This document shows positions 20,981-30,407 of a stretch of 64,000 nt of DNA, piece after piece. Numbering within the stretch: the stretch's first letter is position 1; every line of letters begins with the position of its first letter. This DNA comes from Alphaproteobacteria bacterium (GTDB lineage Bacteria > Pseudomonadota > Alphaproteobacteria > UBA828): positions 3,104,001 through 3,168,000 of the forward strand of contig OZ243972.1 of the NCBI GenBank assembly GCA_965214705.1, read 5' to 3'. The notes beneath the pieces were generated by a model. That model had not been told where the DNA came from. It did no database searches and was given only the letters and a program-made list of their open reading frames with translations. The translations under genes were made by a program, and so were the position numbers.

Positions 20981-22132
20981 TCAGTCCGAACGTCTTCGCA
21001 TGGCCTCGTCGAAGGAATTCAGGCGATGACCGGACTCGCGATCGAACAGATGGAGCGCTGTAGGCCGATAGCCCAGGCGGTGCTGATCGCCTGACAGATC
21101 CCGCGCTTCCCTGCGGCGTTGCACCACCGTCAGCAGCTGCCCCTTAAGGTCCACGGTGAGGACCGAGATTTCTCCGAGCTGCTCGGAGCGCACGAACTGC
21201 GCCGGGCTCTCGAAGACATGTTCCATCTCTCCATCATCCGCAAAGAACAATTCCGACGGCCGCACCCCGAGCAGAAGGTCGTTCGCGCGCTCGCTGATGT
21301 GGGCGCCTTGGGGCAGCCCGATTTCCACACCGGTCTCGGCGACCAGCGGTGCTGAGGATCCGTTCTCGAACCGGCAAGGGATGAAATTCATCGGTGGCTC
21401 GCCGACGAAGTCCGCGACGAAAAGATTTGAGGGTCGCATGACAATGTCCGACGGCGTGCCCAACTGTTGAAGCAGGCCGTCGTTCAGGACGATCACGCGA
21501 TCGGCCAGTTCGAGCGCCTCCTCCTGATCGTGCGTAATCAGGATCATCGTCAGGCCGTGCTCCTGCTGCAGCGACTTGAGTTTTGCAACGACCTCGTTGC
21601 GAAACTGAAGGTCGAGATGCGACAGGGGCTCATCGAGGATGTGGACATCGGCCGGCTTGATGAGCGCCCGGCCCAGCGACACCATTTGCCGATGACCGCC
21701 GCTCAGCGCGGCCGGCTTGCTGTTGGCGACGTCGCCGAGGTTCAGATACTCGAGGATTTCGTGAACGCGTGCCCTGATTGCCTGCCGGTCGTATTTCTTC
21801 AGGTTCTTGAGCGGAAATCCAAGGTTCTGCTGGACGGTCATAGCCGGATAGAGGGCATAGTTCTCGAAGGCCAGCGATACGTTGCGCCGTTGCGGGGGCA
21901 CATCGTTGACGCGCTGACCGCTGATCGTGACCTCGCCGGCACTCGCCTGCTCGAGCCCCGCGATCATCCGCATCAGCGAGCTCTTGCCGGAGCCTGATGG
22001 GCCGAGAACCGACAGGATCTCGCCGCTGCGACATTCGAGATCCACGCCCCGGACTGCGTGCAACGGCCCCTTGCTGGTGGGATAGATCTTGTGGACGTCG
22101 TTGAGGCCGACAACGATTTCGTCGTTGCTCAT
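20981..22132 (-). CDS. Carbohydrate ABC transporter ATP-binding protein (MalK-like)
   Basis: GPSGSGKS, LSGGHRQ, LDEPLSHLD, THDQEEA. Confidence 0.93.
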   Translation of the reverse strand: MSNDEIVVGLNDVHKIYPTSKGPLHAVRGVDLECRSGEILSVLGPSGSGKSSLMRMIAGLEQASAGEVTISGQRVNDVPPQRRNVSLAFENYALYPAMTVQQNLGFPLKNLKKYDRQAIRARVHEILEYLNLGDVANSKPAALSGGHRQMVSLGRALIKPADVHILDEPLSHLDLQFRNEVVAKLKSLQQEHGLTMILITHDQEEALELADRVIVLNDGLLQQLGTPSDIVMRPSNLFVADFVGEPPMNFIPCRFENGSSAPLVAETGVEIGLPQGAHISERANDLLLGVRPSELFFADDGEMEHVFESPAQFVRSEQLGEISVLTVDLKGQLLTVVQRRREARDLSGDQHRLGYRPTALHLFDRESGHRLNSFDEAMRRRSD

Positions 22133-23283
22133 GCCGGGGCCCCTTGGACCGCGATATCGCCGAGACGACGCTCGGTGAGCTGCTCGAAAACGAGAATTTT
22201 CGAGAGATCGAGCTGGATGTTGATCTTCTCGCCGAATGCCGGATGGGCCTGCGCGGCCAGTGTCGCCTGGACCACCTCCCGTCCGGTGTCCGCGATGACC
22301 GATTGCGCGGCATCCTGCTGCACCTTGACGGCTCGAACGGTGGCGCTTAGTCCGCCGTTCCGGTTGCTGCCGTCCCACCAGCAGTCCATCGGCCGGATTC
22401 CAAGCCAGACGGGGCCTCCCTCGAAGGCGTTGCCGGACTGAACGTTCAACGCGCCGAGCGCCCGGTGATCGTCATCCTCGGCACTCCCCAGTCGAACCAA
22501 CCCGTCCTCGACGAAGCCGCCGACGACATTCATGGGCGGATTGCCGACGAACCGCGCGACAAAAAGGGTCGAGGGTTGCTCGAATATCTCCTCCTGGGTT
22601 CCGACCTGCTCGATAACGCCTTCCCGAATGACCGCGATCCGATCGCCCAGTGCGAACGCCTCGCGATAGTCATGCGTGACATAGATCATGGTGGCCCGAA
22701 GGCTTGACACCATGCGCTTGAACTCGGTGCGCATCGACATGCGCAGCTTGGCATCGAGATGCGCAAGCGGCTCGTCAAGCAGATAGATGGAGGCGTCGCG
22801 CACGAGGCACCGAGCCAGAGACACGCGCTGGCGCTGCCCGCCGCTCAATTGATCGGTCTGACGGTCCAGCAGGTGGTGGATGCCTAACATTTCGGTGATT
22901 TGCTTGATCCGGTCCTCAATCTCGCTCTCGCTCATCCCGGCGACCTCCGCCCTCTTCGACCGAAGCGGGAAGGCGATGTTGTCGTGGACCGAAAGATGCG
23001 GATACAGGGCATAGTGTTCGAAGGTCATGCCGACCCGGCGGGCCCAGGGGCCGTCCTTGGTGGCGAGCTTTCCCTCGAACATGACCGCTCCATCGTCGGC
23101 CCTCTCCAGCCCGGCGATGACGCGCAGCATCGTAGTTTTTCCGGCACCTGACGGGCCCGCGAGCACCAGGCATTCGCCCTTTTGCACCGAGATGCTCACC
23201 TCGTTCAGCGCGACGGTCTTGTCGAACCGTTTCGAGACTGCGCGGAGCTCGACGACGTCCTGCGCTTCGCGCTCCGTTCTCAC
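22129..23283 (-). CDS. Carbohydrate ABC transporter ATP-binding protein (MalK-like)
   Basis: GPSGAGKT, LSGGQRQR, LDEPLAHLD. Confidence 0.93.
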   Translation of the reverse strand: MRTEREAQDVVELRAVSKRFDKTVALNEVSISVQKGECLVLAGPSGAGKTTMLRVIAGLERADDGAVMFEGKLATKDGPWARRVGMTFEHYALYPHLSVHDNIAFPLRSKRAEVAGMSESEIEDRIKQITEMLGIHHLLDRQTDQLSGGQRQRVSLARCLVRDASIYLLDEPLAHLDAKLRMSMRTEFKRMVSSLRATMIYVTHDYREAFALGDRIAVIREGVIEQVGTQEEIFEQPSTLFVARFVGNPPMNVVGGFVEDGLVRLGSAEDDDHRALGALNVQSGNAFEGGPVWLGIRPMDCWWDGSNRNGGLSATVRAVKVQQDAAQSVIADTGREVVQATLAAQAHPAFGEKINIQLDLSKILVFEQLTERRLGDIAVQGAPA

Positions 23284-23286
23284 GGC

Positions 23287-24201
23287 CTAACCCCTCACGC
23301 CGCCGAGGCCGACGCCCTTGGCGAGAAACGCCACGACAATTCCGTAGAGTATGAGCACCGGTACGATCGCGAGGGTAGACAGCGCCATGATCTTTCCCCA
23401 CTCGACCCCCCACGGCGAGCCGGCAAGCGTTGCCAGGGCCAGCGGCAGCGTGCCCGCCCCCGCCATCGTCGTGGTGATGAGGGCGAACAGGAACTCGTTC
23501 CACGCGAAAATGAATATGAAGATCGAGGTGGTGGCGATGCCGACCGTAAGCAGCGGCAGGGTCACTTTTCGGAATACGGCGAACGGCCGGTAGCCGTCGA
23601 CATGCGCGGCCTCCTCCAACTCTACCGGCACGCTCCGCACGAATGAGCGCATGATCCAGACGGCCAGCGGCAGGTTGAAGACGGTGTAGAGCAGGATCAG
23701 CGCCAGCAGCGTGTCGTTGACACCGATGAAGCGAATGAGGAGGAGGATCGGGATCGCGATGGCGATGGGCGGCATCATTCTCTGGCTCAGAATGAAGAAC
23801 GCCAGATCCTCGCGCCCGCGGAAGCGGTACCGCTCCAAGCCATAGGCCGCGAGCGTGCCGATACCGACCGCGAGTATGGTGCTGACGACGCCGGCGATCA
23901 GGCTGTTCATGATCCCGGGCATCAGGTGGCTCTCGAAGACCACGATGTAGTTCTCGTACGTAATCTCCTCGGGCCAGAGGATCGAGCCGGCGGTCGAGAT
24001 CGCGGCCTGGGGACGGATGCTCGTGATGAACATCCAGTAGAGCGGAAACAGCACGATGAACCCGAATATCGCGAGCACGATATGCGCCAGGATGCGCCCG
24101 ACCGTCCACTTCGCCTTCTGCTCAGTGGTGTCCGGCATCGGAACGTCGACGTGGGTGTGCTTAAGCTCGAAATGACCCGACGTCGACGTGGTTGCGGTCA
24201 T
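23287..24201 (-). CDS. Carbohydrate ABC transporter permease (MalG-like)
   Basis: ELEEAAHVDG loop and FAWNEFLFA. Confidence 0.93.
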   Translation of the reverse strand: MTATTSTSGHFELKHTHVDVPMPDTTEQKAKWTVGRILAHIVLAIFGFIVLFPLYWMFITSIRPQAAISTAGSILWPEEITYENYIVVFESHLMPGIMNSLIAGVVSTILAVGIGTLAAYGLERYRFRGREDLAFFILSQRMMPPIAIAIPILLLIRFIGVNDTLLALILLYTVFNLPLAVWIMRSFVRSVPVELEEAAHVDGYRPFAVFRKVTLPLLTVGIATTSIFIFIFAWNEFLFALITTTMAGAGTLPLALATLAGSPWGVEWGKIMALSTLAIVPVLILYGIVVAFLAKGVGLGGVRG

Positions 24202-24237
24202 CGGGGATTCCCCTCGGGTGCTGCCACTATCCTGCGG

Positions 24238-25122
24238 TTACACACTGAAGAGCTTCTTTCCGAAACTCTTGAACAGAACCATCGCTGCGATCACCACCGC
24301 GATCAGAAGGACCCAGGCGATCGCGGCGCCGTAGCTCAACTGGAAGGTCTTGAAGCCGACCTGATAGGCATAGAACGACAGCGTTTCGGTCGCGTTTCCC
24401 GGGCCCCCGGATGTGAGGGCGAAGATGATGTCGAACAACTTGACGATCTCGATGCCTCGAATCACCAACATGATCACGAACAAGGAGACGATCGCGGGAA
24501 AGGTTATCGCCCGAAACACCTGCCACGGATTGGCGCGATCGAGAAGGGCCGCCTCGTAGGGCTCGCTGCGGATGCTGATGATTCCCGCGACAAACACGAC
24601 GGTCAGGAACGGTGTCCATTGCCACGTGTCGGTCACCAGCACCGCGATCAGCGCCGGCCCGGACTGGCCGACCCAGTCGATGTTGATGTCCTGCTGGGTG
24701 ATCGCGCTCAGGAATGCATTGATCGGCCCACCCTGCGGACTGAACAGAAGGCGGAATATGTACCCTGTTGCGATGGGATTGATGAAGGCGGGGAGGAACG
24801 CGATCACCAGCAGGACGCGCCGCCCGATGATGTCCTTACGCGCCAGCAGCAGCGCGAGGCCTAGTGCGATCGTGCCCTGAAGAAACAGGCCGCCCGCGAG
24901 AAGAATGACCGTCACGCGGATCCCGTTGAAGAACCGCGGGTCGCTAAATGCGCTTTCGAAGTTGCCGCCACCGACAAAGGGTGGGTTGGCAGCCGTCAGC
25001 GGAGACCAGTTGTGGACCGCCAACCATACTGCGTAGCCCAATGGAAAAATGGAAATGGCGAGGATCAGGATCATCGCCGGCGCGAGATAGAGTACCCATT
25101 CGGGCACCGCGCCGCGTCTCAT
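24238..25122 (-). CDS. Carbohydrate ABC transporter permease (MalF-like)
   Basis: DTWQWTPF, YEAALLD, TSGGPGNATE. Confidence 0.93.
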   Translation of the reverse strand: MRRGAVPEWVLYLAPAMILILAISIFPLGYAVWLAVHNWSPLTAANPPFVGGGNFESAFSDPRFFNGIRVTVILLAGGLFLQGTIALGLALLLARKDIIGRRVLLVIAFLPAFINPIATGYIFRLLFSPQGGPINAFLSAITQQDINIDWVGQSGPALIAVLVTDTWQWTPFLTVVFVAGIISIRSEPYEAALLDRANPWQVFRAITFPAIVSLFVIMLVIRGIEIVKLFDIIFALTSGGPGNATETLSFYAYQVGFKTFQLSYGAAIAWVLLIAVVIAAMVLFKSFGKKLFSV

Positions 25123-25159
25123 CCGTTCACCTCCCCATTTCCAGGACCGCCTGTGAGCT

Positions 25160-26806
25160 TTATGAGAGAGTGTAGCGCTGAGAGGTCTTCTGGTACCACA
25201 TCTTCAGCACATCCTTTCCCCTCTGATCGATTACCCGCGCCCACTCTTCGGCGATTGCATCGACTGCCTCCTTCGCAGTCTTGCTGCCTTCGAGAGCCGC
25301 GCCCTTGTGATTGACGATCGAGTCGTAGAGCTGCTTCTGGCCGGGTATGCGGAGATCCGGCACCGAGAGCAGCATGCTCTGCCTCTGCGCTTCGAAATAT
25401 GACGGGTTGGCGTCGGCGTAGAAGGCCACGATCTCGGGATCCTCGAACTCCCAGTCGTGGTAGATCTCGAACTCCGCATACTGGCGCAGCTCGATCGAGA
25501 CCCGCCGGGCACCGGTGCACAGCCACCGCATCAGGTCATAGGCTGCGTCGGGGTTCTCGGAGGTCGAGGCGAGCATCCAGCCCCAACCCCAGGACGCCGT
25601 CGGCATCCGCCTGACCTCAGGCAGCGTGACCCAGCTGCCCGACGCGGTGTCGAACACCTCGGCCGATCCCGGAATGATGAACGCGCCGGTCGCCTTCATC
25701 CCGTTGGGGATCTTGCTGCGGCCCGGATCGGCTGCGATCTTCTGCATTGCCGGCCAGGTCATCCCCATCGAGAGGCGCCCGCTCTGCCAGTATTCCTGGA
25801 GATCGCCCCAGTTCAGAGACTGCGCGTTCGGCGGGGAGTACCTCTCGGACGACGACATGATGAGGTCTTCCATCGCCCTGACGCCAGCCTCGTTGTTGAT
25901 TAGAGGCTCCATCGTCTCCCGATCGAAGTATACGTCGCCCGCGCGCATCTGCTCGTCGGTTCCGTGCTGAAGATAGGTGGTGTAGCGCCAGAGGAAGTGC
26001 CAGGGCGAGGCCACCGTCGCGTTGATGTCGTGATGGCCGAAGACCGTCTGGCCGTCGATTTCGCGATTGTTGAAGAACTCCGCGATATCGTAGTACTTGG
26101 GCCAAGTATCCGGGAACCAGGCGTTGTCGACCTCCAGTTCGTAACCGTACTTCTGCGCGAACTCATCGCCGTGCTGGATCCACCAGTCCTTGCGATAGAA
26201 GCCCTGGTGATTATCGCCATCGAAATTGATGTGGTAGACATGAGGCTCTTCCGTCCTCGGGTCGATGCTCCAGATAACCTGGTCGCGCAGCACCGGGAAC
26301 ACCGAATCGTACTCCACACCGCCCTCGTCGTAGCTGGCGGAAAGAGGCGCCTGCTTGATGTAGTCGTCGAGCGAGACCGCGTATCCGCCAGCGACGAGGT
26401 CGGCAGACTGGTTGAAGGGCATCAGCATCATGTCGAACGCGCTGCCGCCGGTGGCGAATTCAGCCAGAACCTTCTCGTACATTTCGCCGCCCGGCAGCTC
26501 GACCACCCTGAGCTCGGCGCCGGTGAGCTCGGCCCAATCGGCTGCCTCGATATACGCGAATGCCCCGAACTTCCCGCCCGGCTGCGCGAGGGTCAGCGTC
26601 ACGTCCTCGTACGAAGGCATGTCTGCCGCGCGCGCCGGCCGCCGCTTGAGACCCTTCACGACCGCGGCGGCCGTCGTCGCCGACATGCCGGCCGCCACCA
26701 GGCCCTTGAGCATTCCCCTACGGGTCAGCTTGCCGGCGGCAACCCCCTTGGATAGGTCGTTAAGCGTTGAAATGGGAAAAGACTTGTCGGTCAGTCTTGT
26801 CTTCAT
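25160..26806 (-). CDS. Carbohydrate ABC transporter substrate-binding protein with Tat signal
   Basis: TRRGMLKG, FYRKD, PDTW..Y.DIAEFF. First gene of the ABC cluster. Confidence 0.85.
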   Translation of the reverse strand: MKTRLTDKSFPISTLNDLSKGVAAGKLTRRGMLKGLVAAGMSATTAAAVVKGLKRRPARAADMPSYEDVTLTLAQPGGKFGAFAYIEAADWAELTGAELRVVELPGGEMYEKVLAEFATGGSAFDMMLMPFNQSADLVAGGYAVSLDDYIKQAPLSASYDEGGVEYDSVFPVLRDQVIWSIDPRTEEPHVYHINFDGDNHQGFYRKDWWIQHGDEFAQKYGYELEVDNAWFPDTWPKYYDIAEFFNNREIDGQTVFGHHDINATVASPWHFLWRYTTYLQHGTDEQMRAGDVYFDRETMEPLINNEAGVRAMEDLIMSSSERYSPPNAQSLNWGDLQEYWQSGRLSMGMTWPAMQKIAADPGRSKIPNGMKATGAFIIPGSAEVFDTASGSWVTLPEVRRMPTASWGWGWMLASTSENPDAAYDLMRWLCTGARRVSIELRQYAEFEIYHDWEFEDPEIVAFYADANPSYFEAQRQSMLLSVPDLRIPGQKQLYDSIVNHKGAALEGSKTAKEAVDAIAEEWARVIDQRGKDVLKMWYQKTSQRYTLS

Positions 26807-26978
26807 CTCAGCCTCCCATTGTCGGTTCGTTTTGATTTGATTTGTGTGACCGTCTTCGGGCGTGTGCCGGTTATGTCGTCAGTCGATCAGCATCCCTCCC
26901 GAAACACGCCATTTGCACGGGGCAGAAGCATGCTGCGCGCTTCATGCCCGGATACGGGATGCAGGTGGCTGGATCGCA

Positions 26979-28343
26979 TCACTGGCCCGCCTCCTCGCTC
27001 GACGCCAGATCGATGTAGCCGCCGCGCGAGCGTATCTCTGCCTGCACTTCGGAAACCGATATCGAGGGCACATCGACGTTGCGGGCGGCAACCATGCCAG
27101 CCGTCACCCCGGCGCCTTCGCCGGTGACCATGCACGCCCCCATGTTGCGGGTGGACGCATGCGCCACCGAGTCGACCGAGATGCACCGCCCCGCGACCAG
27201 GAGATTGGAGAAGCCCGCCGGAATGAGACATCGGAGCGGAATGCCGAACGATCCGTCCCCTCCGATCTCCACGAACGAGGCTTGCCCGGTGTCCGGATCA
27301 TGTATGTCAACCGGGAAGCACGCCTCACCGATGGAATCGTCGAACTTCCGTCCGCTGAGCACGTCATTGCGTACGATCTGATAGTGCCCCTTAATGTTGC
27401 GGGTTTCGCGCACGCCCGCGAAAGCTGATGGCACGTAATGGACTCCTTGGAAGCCGTCGACGTTGCGCTTGAGGAACTCGCCGATCCGGGCCGTCTGTCG
27501 AATCAACTGGACACTCGCCCGCGACAGCGCGATCGGGTCGGTCCCATCAATTCCGAAGACTGCCGCGGTGTTGACATTCAATTGATTCGGCCAAACCGAA
27601 TTGAAGAAAACCATCTGATCGCAATTGGGAACAATCTTTTCGCGCAGCACTTGGTCGTTCCATTGCGAAAGTGATCCTCTGAAATAAACCGGGAAAGGCT
27701 CGGGATGGTCAGCCCTCGTGGCGCGGGCAATCGGGCTGTTGGCGAGCGCGCTGGCGACCTTTTCGTTATCCGTTCCGAAGCAGCGCAGAAGCATTGAAAT
27801 CGGCTGCATCTTGCCGGTTTCCTCGTGCCCCATGCGAAATTCGGCGCCCGCTGCTGCTGCGACGTCGCCGTCGCCACTGCTGTCCACCACCACTTTCGCG
27901 TCGATCGGACGGACACTGTTCTTCATCGCGACGTGGACTGTGGAAATACGTCCGTCGGACGAATCGACCCCCACAGCGTTGACGCCGTAGATGACGATCA
28001 CGCCTGCCTCGGCCAATTTCTCGGTCACTAGAATGCGGAACAGATCGCCGTCCACCGGCGTGACTGAGTGATAATGCTCTCCGTAGGGGATGTGCCCGAC
28101 GGCACCGCCGCGTTCGATCAGGTCCGAGACGATCTCCTGGCCGATGCCGAAGACGACCTGCTTGCCAAGCTTCGTCTTGAAGGCGTGAAGGCACAGGCCG
28201 GTCGTCGCATTTCCACCGACGAAGGGCTTGTTTTCGAGAAGAATGGTTTCGGCACCGCTCCGCCTGGCGGCCAGAGCGGCCACCACACCCGTGACGCCGC
28301 CACCCACAACCAGAACGTCGCACTGCAGGGTGTCGGCGCTCAT
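26979..28343 (-). CDS. FAD-dependent oxidoreductase (FAD_oxidored type)
   Basis: VGGGVTG, DSSGDGD, GVRETR, NLLVAGRCIS, TGEGAG. Confidence 0.9.
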   Translation of the reverse strand: MSADTLQCDVLVVGGGVTGVVAALAARRSGAETILLENKPFVGGNATTGLCLHAFKTKLGKQVVFGIGQEIVSDLIERGGAVGHIPYGEHYHSVTPVDGDLFRILVTEKLAEAGVIVIYGVNAVGVDSSDGRISTVHVAMKNSVRPIDAKVVVDSSGDGDVAAAAGAEFRMGHEETGKMQPISMLLRCFGTDNEKVASALANSPIARATRADHPEPFPVYFRGSLSQWNDQVLREKIVPNCDQMVFFNSVWPNQLNVNTAAVFGIDGTDPIALSRASVQLIRQTARIGEFLKRNVDGFQGVHYVPSAFAGVRETRNIKGHYQIVRNDVLSGRKFDDSIGEACFPVDIHDPDTGQASFVEIGGDGSFGIPLRCLIPAGFSNLLVAGRCISVDSVAHASTRNMGACMVTGEGAGVTAGMVAARNVDVPSISVSEVQAEIRSRGGYIDLASSEEAGQ

Positions 28344-29005
28344 CGTCCGCCCCCCGTCTTGATGACGTCACCCCTCATGTGGCGCAACGCGACGTCGGCC
28401 CAATAGGAGATGTGCTCGCGCATGTGTTTCTCGGCGAGTTTCGAGTTCCTGTCGGCGATGGCCTGGATGACGCGCAAGTGCTGGTGCGCGGCGATCTTGG
28501 ACAGTTCGAAGGTCGCCTGGACGTAGGAGATCCTTCGGACAAGTCGAAAGCGATCGGAGATGGAGCCGCCGAATTCGATGATCATCGAATTGCCGCTGCC
28601 ATCTATGATGGCGGCGTGCAGCTGGTCTCCGAGATTGGAGAGGATCTCCGTCTCCGACGGGACGGATGCACGGATGATCGCTTGGATGGGATCGTGAAAA
28701 CGAACGAGCTCGCCGGAGTCCATGCGTTCAGCAGCCAGCCGTGCCGCCATGCCCTCGACCGCCTCGCGCACGTGGTAGAGACTCTCGATGTTGCTCGCGT
28801 TGTACTGGCAAACCCATGCGCCCCGGGTCGGCCGGATGACGACCAGCCCGTCATGCTCAAGCTTGGAGAGGGCCTCTCTGATGGGAAGCCGGCTCACGCC
28901 GAGTTCTTCTGCCAACGCTCGTTCAGCCAGCGGATCGCCCGGAGAGTAGTACCCGGAAATGATCCGTTCTCTGACGGCAGCCACAACCTCGTCCTGCTTT
29001 CGCAA
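28340..29005 (-). CDS. GntR/FCD-family transcriptional regulator
   Basis: ERALAEELGVSRLPIREALSKLEHDGLV. Confidence 0.92.
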   Translation of the reverse strand: MRKQDEVVAAVRERIISGYYSPGDPLAERALAEELGVSRLPIREALSKLEHDGLVVIRPTRGAWVCQYNASNIESLYHVREAVEGMAARLAAERMDSGELVRFHDPIQAIIRASVPSETEILSNLGDQLHAAIIDGSGNSMIIEFGGSISDRFRLVRRISYVQATFELSKIAAHQHLRVIQAIADRNSKLAEKHMREHISYWADVALRHMRGDVIKTGGGR

Positions 29006-29029
29006 CGTACTGGAACCTGAAACCCCCTA

Positions 29030-29068
29030 TGCTATACTCTGGTATACCATGAGTCGTCCACCTGTCAA
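29030..29068. promoter_or_regulatory. Divergent promoter region with GntR/FadR-type operator palindrome
   Basis: Perfect palindrome TGGTATACCA at 29040-29049. Extended -10 TGCTATACT at 29030-29038 (+). TTGACA at 29063-29068 (-). Confidence 0.6.
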
Positions 29069-29130
29069 CGAGGAGTTACCCCTTCCTCCAAGCCCCGATG
29101 CGCGGACCAACTGCGCCATTGGCGGCACTA

Positions 29131-30349
29131 GTGTCATGTCACATACGATATGTCGCCCATTTCATGATAGCTTTCTCGTCGTCGCACGACGGCGAGGAGG
29201 CTGGCATGAAGCGTTACGTGGTGACTTTGGAGAAGGAGGAGCGGGACGAGCTCGCAGAGATCACGCGCAAGGGCTCTCATCAGTCACAGAAGGTGATCAA
29301 CGCGCTGATCCTGCTCAACTGCGACGAAGGCGAGTTCAACGAGCACCGGGCGCACGGGGAGGCCATTGCGGAGATCCTGCGCATCAGTGCGCGCAAGGTG
29401 GAGCGGGTCAAGAAGCGTTTCGTCGAGGCGGGCATGGCGGCGGCGCTCGGTGGCCGGCAGGGTCGCCGTCCCAGCTACGTGCGCAAGGCCGACGGCGAGT
29501 TCGAGGCGCACTTGGTGGCGCTGAGCTGCGCCGAGCCGCCGGAGGGCCACTCGCAGTGGTCGCTGCGGTTGCTGGCGGACCGCATCGTGGAACTCGGCCA
29601 CATCGACAGCGTGTCGCACGAGACGGTGCGCCGGGTGCTAAAAAAAACGCAATCAAGCCGTGGCGGCGCGTCGGCTGGGTGATTCCCCCACAGGGCAACG
29701 CGGACTTCGCCGCGGCGATGGAGAAGGTTCTCGACGTCTACCGGCGTCCCTACGATGCAGCCTTTCCGGTGGTGTGCATGGACGAGACGCCCCGGCAACT
29801 GATCGGCGAGACACGCGAACCGGTTCCGGCAGCGCCGGGTCGGCCGGCGCGCGAAGACTACGAGTACCGACGTTGCGGAAGCTGCAACGTGTTCATGGCG
29901 ACCGAACCCCTGGCCGGGCGGCGTATGACCAAGGTGACGGCGCGCAGAACCAAAACCGACTGGGCGCACTTCCTCAACGACATCGCCGAGCGCCACCCCC
30001 GCGCCAAGAGGATCACGCTTGTGATGGACAACCTGAACACCCACCGCCCCGGCGCCCTCTACGAGGCATTTCCGCCGGACCAGGCCAAGGCGCTGTGGGA
30101 CCGCTTCGAGTTCGTCTACACGCCCAAGCACGGCAGTTGGCTCAACGTCGCCGAGGTCGAGCTCAACGTCATGATCCGTCAGTGTCTCAACCGCCGCATC
30201 GCCTCCCTCGAAGTCCTGCGCGACGAGGTCGCGGCTTGGCAGGCGTCCCGAGACCGCATCCGGGGCAACGTCAACTGGCAGTTCACCACGGACGACGCAC
30301 GGGTGAAGCTGAAACGCCTCTATCCGACAGTTGATGAATGACAGGACAC
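29131..30349 (+). mobile_element. IS630-family insertion sequence
   Basis: IRs GTGTCATGTCA / TGACAGGACAC, flanked by TA at 29129-30 and 30350-51. Confidence 0.92.
29206..30341 (+). CDS. IS630 transposase, two ORFs joined by a -1 frameshift at the A-run near 29640
   Basis: HTH part WSLRLLADR...SHETVRRVLKK and DDE part CMDE, MDNLNTH, PKHGSWLNVAE. Confidence 0.9.
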
Positions 30350-30407
30350 TAGTCCCGGCTCGTAATGCGTTATCGTTCAACATGACTCGCTGACCTGGGC
30401 GGCGCGT

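Noticed and set aside
28959-30341. 460-aa ORF as the IS630 transposase
   Set aside because: It begins outside the IS. Only the part after the A-run is the real frame.
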